Below, piece by piece: positions 51,423 to 59,462 of a stretch of 64,000 bases of DNA. The position numbers were made by a program, and so were the translations under genes. Under the pieces are notes generated by a model that saw only the letters and a program-made list of their open reading frames with translations, ran no database searches and was not told the origin of the DNA. Source of the DNA: Diplonema japonicum (taxonomy: Eukaryota; Protista; Euglenozoa: Diplonemea); assembly GCA_964019335.1 (NCBI GenBank), contig OZ025651.1, positions 806,001 to 870,000 on the forward strand, read 5' to 3'. The first letter of the stretch is position 1. Every line of letters starts with the position of its first letter.

Positions 51423-54400
51423 ACGGAAGAGATTGTCGGTGCGGTGTGCGACCGACAAAGGAAACTGGTGAAGCTGAAACGGTGCGTAGAGGCTGCCCAG
51501 CGACAGATTGAGGACCACCTTCGGAGGGGGCACGTAGGACAACTTCCGCAGGTGACCCACAATACCCTGAAGAACGCCAATGCACGATGCGTGAAGCTAG
51601 GTATTGACTGCGCCGTACCCATGCACGGCTCCTTGGAGAGCATCGAGGAAGCTATCGCTGAAGTGCATGACGTGGCGGGGAGACAGCGCTCTGCACGGAA
51701 CAGAAGTGTAGCCGGGCTGAGGCCTACGAGAGAACGATTGTCTCGAACCTGGAAGAGGGTAGGAGGCACCTCAAGGCGCTGCTGCGGGGAACGCAATGCG
51801 AGAGGTCTGTGGCGGTGGACGTTGGGGACGGTGTGACGGCGGACCCACAAGAAATGGACGAGGTGTTCAGGGAGGCGTGGAAAGGGATCTTCTGCTCGGA
51901 AAGACGAGAACCGCAATTCTCCGATTTCAGGAAGAAGTACGAGGAACACATACAGCACCAGGAAATGCCGAGGACAGAGATTACGGGGAGGCTGCTCCAG
52001 GAGGTGCTGGGCCGCAAGCGTCCTAGGGGCGCGTGTGGAGTCGACGGATGGCGCAACGCAGAGCTGAAGAGGCTGCCCAGGTGGGTACTGGACGGACTGG
52101 CAGACCTGTTTAACCTGATCGAGAGGGAGGGGAGGTGGCCAGAAGCCATGTGTACGGCCCTGGTGTCGCTAATACCGAAGGGGGCAGGCCTCGGCCCCTT
52201 GGACCACAGGCCGATTACTGTCACCAGCGCGGTGTATCGACTATGGGCGTGCGCCAGGCTGAGGACGGTTCTCCCGTGGCAAGAACGGTGGATCTGCGAA
52301 AGACAGCACAGCTTTCGGAAGGGGCGGGGCACGGAGACGGCACTACTGGACCTCCTAGCTCAGTATGAAGAGGCGATGTTGGAGGGTAAGGAGCTGGTGG
52401 GCGTGGCTCTGGATTTTGCGAAATGCTTCGACCTGGTACCGCAGCGGCTCACCTTCGAGCTAATGCGGAGCCTTGGGCTCGAGTCGGGTGTTGCGTGCGC
52501 AATGGAGGGCATGTACTCACAGATTACGCGGCGGTTCAAGTACCCCTTTGGGGTGGGCGGAACCTTCAGAGTGACCAATGGGATCCTGCAAGGGTGTCCG
52601 CTGTCCGTGATCATGATCAATGCGCTCATTGCGGTCATGCTTAAGGCGCTGGAAGCCGGTGGTGACCTCGTGACGATAGCCTATGCGGACGACGCCTACA
52701 TGCTGGCTAAGCTGCGGGAGGCACTACAAGCGGCGACGGACGGTGTCATGGAGTTCTGTACGATAACGGGCATGGAGTTGAATATACGGAAGACGTCGGT
52801 AGTGAGGTGGACGGAAGAAGAAGGAAGGTAAGGCTCAACAAGGTCGACAAGCATAAGGCCTTGGGAACTATGCTGAACACGACAGCATGTGGCACGAGCT
52901 GGAACGACGCCGCGGTTACTGCAAGACAGAAGGTGGAAAGGCTGGCTTCGACCCAGCTCTCTTTTCAGAGGAAGGAGAGTCTCATCAGAACTCATATTAT
53001 GCCGGGACTGCTCTTCAGCTCGAGCTTCTCTCCGCCGAGTGACTGGAGTCTCAGTCAGCTTAAGGCTCGATCGTGAAATGCCTGTGGGGCCCCCACTACA
53101 GAGGGAGATCTCCAGACGTGGTACTGTCAATCCTGGCGCGAGCGCACCGGGTGGACCCGCTGTGTGCCGTAGTGTACAGTGCTTTGATGATGCTGAGGAG
53201 GTGCTGGCTGAGGCAGGACGGGGCAATGACAACATGGACGCAGTTGGCACAGGCGTACGGAACTTCTGGGCAGGTGAGGCCGAGGGGGGTCGTAGGAAAT
53301 GTGCTCCTGAGGTGGCTCCCGGCGATCGGGTGGAAATGGGAAAGGCTGGCAAGCTGGCACAGGGGAGAGAATCCTGGGCACGACCTCAGGGAGGCTCTGC
53401 GCAGGATGAGGACATCGGGTATTGTGAATGCACGAAGCACGATGGCCGGGCTTGGGATGGGCGCGGCCCCTGCAACGAACGCTTACTGGATGAAGTGCAG
53501 CGCACGCAGACCTCTCGAAGCGTGGCGGGTGAGGAGGATAATCGCCGGGGCGGTGCCGTACCTCAGCCCGTATGCGAAACAAGTTTTACTCTCCCCTCCT
53601 GAAGAACCTGATGAGGAGGGAGGTGAAGGGAGCGAGGAAGAAGCCGACCACCTGGGTAGGGGGAGGACGGACAAAGCAGCGGGAGCGCTCAATTGCGATG
53701 TTTGTGATGCCGCGAAGGGCAGCACAGTTAGGTTGCTGCGACACCAGCTTTGGGAGTGCGAGGTCGCATTGGAGGTGCAGAAGAAGGAGGTATATACCGG
53801 TCTGGTCAGGAGCGAAAGGTGGCCGGTCTGTTTGGAGCTGCACGGGATTCTCCCGAGGAAGGTCGTGTTCCGCGGTTTGGAGAAGTTGCAGAGGTATTTG
53901 GCAGAGGTGGTGAGGCGCAGGGACGATGCTCTGGCGGTGAAACGGTTCGCGGTTGAGAAGGAACCGCCGTGGATGGTGACGACTCAAGGAAGGCGTTTCG
54001 AGGCGCCAAAGGTTGTGGAACTGTACAAGCTCAAGCTGACCCCGCAGCTCAGGGAGTATGGTGATCAGGTGCTGAGATGGCTGGCTACGCTGCGGTGGGC
54101 GGAGGAGGGAACGTCCGTGTCGGCGATCGAGCTGGCGATTGACTTCGAGTGCTACACGAAGAAGACGCTGGGGGTTAACATCAACACGACGATTGACATC
54201 GACAAGAAGGCGGTGAGGATCAAGCGGGTCCTGGATACGCTGCAAGCGACATGGATGAGGGAGAAGAGGAGACGCGCTTTTCCGGCGCAGTCATGCAAGA
54301 ACGTGAGATCACTGCGATCCATTGGCCGCGACCACGTCGTTGGCTTTGATAGGAGGGCCCTGTTTGCATCGGGGCTGACGGCGACCAAGCTGAAAGGACT

Positions 54401-54555
54401 GAGAGAAGATTACCGGAAAGAAAGGATTGGAAGATATAAACGACAGCTAGGCACTACGGTGGGTAGCAGGGAACGACCCCAAAAGGGGAGCATCATAAGG
54501 TAGGCACGCCACCGCGGCGGGCCGTTGCTAACCACTTCGTTCCTATCATAGTGAA
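51423..54555 (+). mobile_element. 5'-truncated non-LTR retrotransposon (RT, zinc knuckle, C-terminal domain), frameshifted
   Basis: RT motifs GVDGW, LIPK, RPITVTSAVYRLW, LDFAKCFD, GILQGCPLS, YADD; CDVC..HQLWEC knuckle; ORF broken near 51750-51810, 52820 and 53070; stop at 54503; ~50-nt 3' UTR; T9 run on each side. Confidence 0.93.
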
Positions 54556-54893
54556 TTTTTTTTTCTTTTCAGTTTGGTGGGTTAAAGTTGAAAATCGAAA
54601 AAGAAGTGGAATTTAAAGGAAAAAAAAAAAAAAAAAGTTGGTAAGTTAGAATTGTACCGTAAATATTATATCCCTTTTGAACTATTCTACTCAATTTGGG
54701 TCCTTTTTACGGGACATAAAAAGAGACAAATCCCGTTTTAAAGAAGAAATTTTTGAGGCATGCAAGCACGCTCTTCCCGTGGTCCTTTCCAACCACTCCT
54801 CCCTCTTTTTTTACTCCTTTGCCTTCTCCCGCTGCATTCATTCTAACGAAAAAAAAAAGGGGGTGGAAAAAAAAAAAGAGAAAGAAAAAAAAA

Positions 54894-56447
54894 ATGCCCC
54901 AGCCGATGTGTGGTTTAGAGGCAACAGCAAAGGGCCTCCATGGAGTGTGGTTGTCGGTGATCCCACAGAGAAATGAATTGGCCGCGGACATGGTTGCGGT
55001 GAGCCCATGCATCCTACCCATGGAGCTCTGGGTGAGGGCAAAGACTAAGGGTCCGCTGGAGGGAACAATGAAATGCTGCGGCAACAAAATATGCAGAAAA
55101 CGGGACGAAGAAAACAAAGGAGAAGCTCCTGTGTTCCTGCCTGTGACAATCGGACGAGATCCCGTGAAGAGACCCAACTCCCGTCTGTCCACAGACCCAC
55201 TGACCGCCATTTTATACCTTCCCGGGTACTTGCTAGTCCATCCCGAGGTGTGCGAAAACTATGTCTTAGAAAAGGTCTTCACAGGGTGCTTGGTAGACAT
55301 GTCGAAAACCCACTTGAAAACCCTTCAGGGCAGGATGGACAAGTTTGCGAAAACTGCTGGGAAAGATATTTTTCTGAGGACGGAGGACTTCCCGGTTCTG
55401 AGCCATGTTGTGGCCGCGATGGTGGTGTTGAACGAACTGGGATACATAGACGGTGGAGCTGCGGGTTTGGAATACAGAGAAAACATCAAGAAAGCTGTCA
55501 TATTAGAGGCGAATAAACGACGAAGAATATTGGCTGGTACGACAGCAGAGGTTGTCAATTTCGAACCCATGCTGAAGAGGTTGCTAGGCATAGTTGACGA
55601 AGTGACGTCTGTGAGGCGGTTGGCAGGGTTCGATTTCACCTTGGAAGCAGCAAGCTCTACCGACACTGATGTTGAACCCCCGTCTGAATTCTCCGTGAGA
55701 ATGTTTCGCAGCGTAGCGGCATCGAAAACTCGCGACAGGCTCGGCCACGCAGATGTGTTCTCCACCGATTTCAGAAACTTCCAGTCAGACGACGGGTGCA
55801 TCATTGACCTACCAGTCGCAGACGACAATCCCTTGAAGAATATTGTTCCAGATGGGTATGTCTATGAAGATTCCTTCATCACCGAAGATGAGGAAGCTGA
55901 GCTGTTAAAACTCACTGAACCCCGTCTTCAATACGGCCATGAGGGTATGCTCAGACGCGTTGCTCACTTTGGATACAATTTCCTGTACCCCGCGGGGGGG
56001 ATTGATTTGAAAAACCCGGACCCTGAAGGGTTGCAGCCGTGGATCGCGAAGCTTGCTCGGAGGATCGAAACGCGTTTCAAAGCCGTCCCTGGAACACTGT
56101 CGCAGATGACCGCCAACGAGTACAACCCCGGACAGGGAATCGCACCTCATTTCGACGATTTCGACACCATCGGGGAGCTTTTGTGCACCATCTCCCTCGG
56201 TGCGGAGACGCTTCTTACGCTTACTGACACCGTCACTACTACTTCCTTGCAGGTCCGGCTTAAGCGTCGGTCCATTGGTGTGATGACAAGGGATGTGCGG
56301 TACAAATGGACCCACGGGGTGCCGAAAAGAATGACCGACCCGGCTGTGACCCCAGGCGAGAAAGCCCTTGCTCGGGGGCACCGCATTTCGCTAACCTTTC
56401 GCAACGTGCCTCCGAACAAGGATTGGAGGTTGGACGGTGAAAAATGA
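54894..56447 (+). CDS. AlkB-family 2OG-Fe(II) dioxygenase (ALKBH8-like catalytic domain) with unknown N-terminal region
   Basis: FITEDEEAELL, RRVAHFGYNF, QMTANEYNPGQGIAPHFD (HxD), ISLG, RYKWTHGV (H), RISLTFR (RxxxxxR). Confidence 0.88.
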   Translation: MPQPMCGLEATAKGLHGVWLSVIPQRNELAADMVAVSPCILPMELWVRAKTKGPLEGTMKCCGNKICRKRDEENKGEAPVFLPVTIGRDPVKRPNSRLSTDPLTAILYLPGYLLVHPEVCENYVLEKVFTGCLVDMSKTHLKTLQGRMDKFAKTAGKDIFLRTEDFPVLSHVVAAMVVLNELGYIDGGAAGLEYRENIKKAVILEANKRRRILAGTTAEVVNFEPMLKRLLGIVDEVTSVRRLAGFDFTLEAASSTDTDVEPPSEFSVRMFRSVAASKTRDRLGHADVFSTDFRNFQSDDGCIIDLPVADDNPLKNIVPDGYVYEDSFITEDEEAELLKLTEPRLQYGHEGMLRRVAHFGYNFLYPAGGIDLKNPDPEGLQPWIAKLARRIETRFKAVPGTLSQMTANEYNPGQGIAPHFDDFDTIGELLCTISLGAETLLTLTDTVTTTSLQVRLKRRSIGVMTRDVRYKWTHGVPKRMTDPAVTPGEKALARGHRISLTFRNVPPNKDWRLDGEK

Positions 56448-56603
56448 GGTTTATTTTTTTCTTTTTTTTCTTCCCCCCCCGTTGGATCTGTCAATGATCA
56501 AAAAAAAAGAAGAAACAAGTTTTCTTTTCCATTATTATTATTTCGACAACGCTACCAAAATATTTTATTTGCAGAACGGGGGGAAGAAAAAGAAAAGAAG
56601 AAA

Positions 56604-57458
56604 ATGCTGCTGCCTCTCGAACTTCCTGAAGGCGTGACAGACGGCGAGGATTTAATCCTCAGGCTTTCTAAAAAGAAGGACGGGGCAGTACCCGAGGACG
56701 CGAGACCGCTCGTCGAGCAACAAAGCGTGCCCGCGCAAAGGCGGAAGCGGTCCACCACCTTCGTCGCACCCTTGTCCCTGAGGATGTGGGGGGAAGGAGG
56801 AGCCCGCCCCGGCCTGGCCAGGAAACTGGAGAACATGATAAAGAAGGAGGTGAAGACCGCAAAAGGCAACGACGAGGCGGTCCTGAGAGTCTACCAGGAG
56901 GCCTTTGGCTGCTTCATAGAACAGTTCCCATCTTACAAATGCCTGTTGTCCATGATAAGAATTGCTTACGACGATCGGGCTTCATACTGCTCAGTACTGG
57001 AGGAGAGGGAGAAGCGCTTGAAAGACGAGCTGGCTACATGTTCCCAACAGGCTCTGGCCGACATGAAAACTTGCGAAACAGAAGCGCAGAAGGTAGTTCA
57101 AACAGCTGAGAACCAATCTCTTGACTGGCAGCACAAGTACGAGGACTGCTCCATAGAGCTCAGTACGTTAAAATCCCGACTTGAAGATCTGAGCATGCTC
57201 AACACCCAATATGAGAAGCGCATCGCGCAAGACCAAAAGGAGAAGGAAAAACTCAGATCCACCTTGGCCTACCTCGGAGACGTGAGCCACGATCTCAAGA
57301 AGAAAATAGAGTCGCAGCAACTTTACTACAAGCAACAACAGGAGACCTTCCGCGCACGGGAGGGCTCCAACGAATACCTCATGGAGGCGCTGCGGGGGGA
57401 GATCTCGGTGCTGGAAGAGAAACTTCGAAAGGCCACCTCAAGAAAAAAACTGACATGA
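56604..57458 (+). CDS. Coiled-coil protein with TSNAXIP1-N-like motif
   Basis: LRVYQEAFGCFIEQFPSYKCLLSMIRIAYD followed by a long coiled coil. Confidence 0.65.
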   Translation: MLLPLELPEGVTDGEDLILRLSKKKDGAVPEDARPLVEQQSVPAQRRKRSTTFVAPLSLRMWGEGGARPGLARKLENMIKKEVKTAKGNDEAVLRVYQEAFGCFIEQFPSYKCLLSMIRIAYDDRASYCSVLEEREKRLKDELATCSQQALADMKTCETEAQKVVQTAENQSLDWQHKYEDCSIELSTLKSRLEDLSMLNTQYEKRIAQDQKEKEKLRSTLAYLGDVSHDLKKKIESQQLYYKQQQETFRAREGSNEYLMEALRGEISVLEEKLRKATSRKKLT

Positions 57459-57701
57459 CCCCCCCTTTTCTAAGGGTTGGGTTTTTTTTTTTTTTTTTCC
57501 TTCTTTTTTTTTTCTCTTGACTTCTTTTCGGACTTTTTCATTTGACAAAAAGAATAACCACTGTAAAGTGAAAAATGTCGGACGGACAAACTCCCGGACG
57601 CGAAAAAGACCCCCCCCCCCCCCCCCCGGATGTTTGTCTTTGCCAAGCCCACCTCTCCCCTTCGTCTGTTGAGAGAGGCGTTCCTTGAGTGACGTAAAAA
57701 A

Positions 57702-57770
57702 TGAGATCCCCAGATTCGAACTGGGGTTTCCAAGACAAGGGGCCTATGTAGTAACCACTTGGGTGATTTT
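57702..57770 (-). pseudogene. tRNA-like remnant (A box, B box and T-arm)
   Basis: Minus strand reads ..ATCACCCAAGTGGTTACTAC...CCCCAGTTCGAATCTGGGGATCTCA: intact T-arm with GTTCGAATC and a D-loop-like AAGTGGTTA, but acceptor and anticodon arms do not pair. Confidence 0.5.
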
Positions 57771-58011
57771 TTTTCCCGTGTTTGTGCCCCATATTGTCAA
57801 AGTACCCTTGCTGTACAGTGCAAATAGGGCTAACGTGAATATAAAGTACTTTATATTCACTCATAAAGTAATTCTCATTCCTGCCCCTGTTTTTGTTTTT
57901 TTTTCTTATAAAACAAGCGTGAAATCTATCGTGTGAAAATAAAGTGAAAGCGTGAAATAAAGTGAAGTGTTATTTTCACCCCACACTTGAAAATCTAAAG
58001 GAGCCTTCTAA

Positions 58012-58533
58012 ATGACGACTCTGAACCAGACGAAGGTGGTGGAGGAGACCTTAACAAGGATAGCCGGGCACAAAGGAGTGCTGTGCCTGTTGGTGGTGAG
58101 CCCGAAAGATGGTTCTGTGTGGAAGAGCTCGGTCACGGCACCGCAGCAGTTCGATGAAAGGAAGTTGGCGTTACACGCGGAGAAGCTCCATGCATTTGTG
58201 AACCTTACGAGGAGCATCGTGAGAACCCTGGACGTGGATAATGATTTGATCTTCCTCCGAGTACGGTCAAAACGGCACGAGTTCATAATATCTCCTGAAA
58301 AAGGTATAAAAAAAATTTTTTTAAAAAAAAAAAGAAATGCAGAGTACATCCTCATCGTCGTTCAAGACTACCGTCTCACCCCACCGGGCAGCCAGCCCCA
58401 ACAGCAACAGCAACAACAGCAGCAGGTTCCACAGTCCCCCGAACCCGTCCGGAAATCTTCGACAGAGGTCAAAAAGAAAACGGTAGTGAAAGACGACCAT
58501 GACCAAAGCCAGCCCCAAGAAACCGCGGCATGA
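58012..58533 (+). CDS. DYNLRB: Dynein light chain roadblock/LC7 with Gln-rich tail; intron 58304-58342
   Basis: VEETLTRIAGHKGV..RSIVRTLDVDNDLIFLRVRSKRHEFIISPEK; removing the 39-nt intron restores the conserved ..PEKEYILIVVQ. Confidence 0.92.
   Translation: MTTLNQTKVVEETLTRIAGHKGVLCLLVVSPKDGSVWKSSVTAPQQFDERKLALHAEKLHAFVNLTRSIVRTLDVDNDLIFLRVRSKRHEFIISPEKGIKKIFLKKKRNAEYILIVVQDYRLTPPGSQPQQQQQQQQQVPQSPEPVRKSSTEVKKKTVVKDDHDQSQPQETAA
58304..58342 (+). other. 39-nt GT-AG A-rich intron
   Basis: aag|GTATAAAAAAATTTTTTTAAAAAAAAAAAGAAATGCAG|ag; interrupts a conserved roadblock motif. Confidence 0.9.
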
Positions 58534-58664
58534 GGAGAAAAAATGGGGACTTTTGGTCTTTTTTTCTTTTTAAAAATAGTTTTTAAGTTGTTATATATGT
58601 TTCGGAAAAAAAAAAAAGTTTCTTTCATTGAACAACAACAAAAAAAAAAAAAAGAAGGGAGGAC

Positions 58665-59282
58665 ATGCAGCACACTTCGTTGGAAGGCCTGTTGGAGGAT
58701 AAGCTTAAATCGGAGATTCTTGGAATCTACATTCAAGGCAGTCGTCTGTGGGGATGTGCGGTGAAAAACAGCGATTTTGATTTGTTAGTGATCGTGAAAA
58801 GCGACATTCCTAAGGGCTCAACACACATGGGAACGCAGTATGACGTGACCTACAGTGGGGAGAGGGTCTTCCTGGACAGGCTGAGGAATAATTGTTTGTA
58901 TGAAGTCTGCGCTGCGGCCTCACCAGAGGAATTTATCATAAAGCGATACGTGAAAATGCCCACAGACCTGTCTGAGATTTTGAATCGAAAATACCTGAGG
59001 AAGTACCTCGAAGATGAAACCGCCAAAATCCACGCGCTCGGTGAAAAATTCGCCTCCAAAAATGACGTGAGAAAACACGCAAAGCTTTACACCCATGCGT
59101 ACCACCTCCTCTTTTTGGCCCACCAGTTCAGCACCACCGGGTCAATAAATAATTTCTCCGGTGATCTCAAGACATTACGAGGGGTCCTCACCCTGCTCCC
59201 TGAGTCGTGGGAAGCCCCAAACTGGGAAAAAGCAGGCACAATGTACAAATCGATGGAGGCAACCGCGTTGTCTTCGCTTTGA
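58665..59282 (+). CDS. Pol-beta superfamily nucleotidyltransferase with helical C-terminal domain
   Basis: IYIQGSRLWG....SDFDLLVIV (hG[GS]..DxD) followed by K.YTHAYHLLFLAHQF..TGSI. Confidence 0.8.
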   Translation: MQHTSLEGLLEDKLKSEILGIYIQGSRLWGCAVKNSDFDLLVIVKSDIPKGSTHMGTQYDVTYSGERVFLDRLRNNCLYEVCAAASPEEFIIKRYVKMPTDLSEILNRKYLRKYLEDETAKIHALGEKFASKNDVRKHAKLYTHAYHLLFLAHQFSTTGSINNFSGDLKTLRGVLTLLPESWEAPNWEKAGTMYKSMEATALSSL

Positions 59283-59462
59283 AATTCAAGAGGGAAAAAA
59301 AAAAAAAAACAAACCTAACCCTTGTGTTTTTTTTTTCTCTCTCTCTTTTTTTTTTTTTTCTTCTTTTGCAAGAACGAGTCTTTGACATCGTCTAAACAAA
59401 AAAAAAGGGGGAACGTTGGCAACGTGTGTTTACGGGGGGGGGTTTCTTTTTGTTTACACAAA

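Noticed and set aside
57702-57775. Functional tRNA gene
   Set aside because: Acceptor and anticodon stems cannot form; kept only as a tRNA-like remnant.
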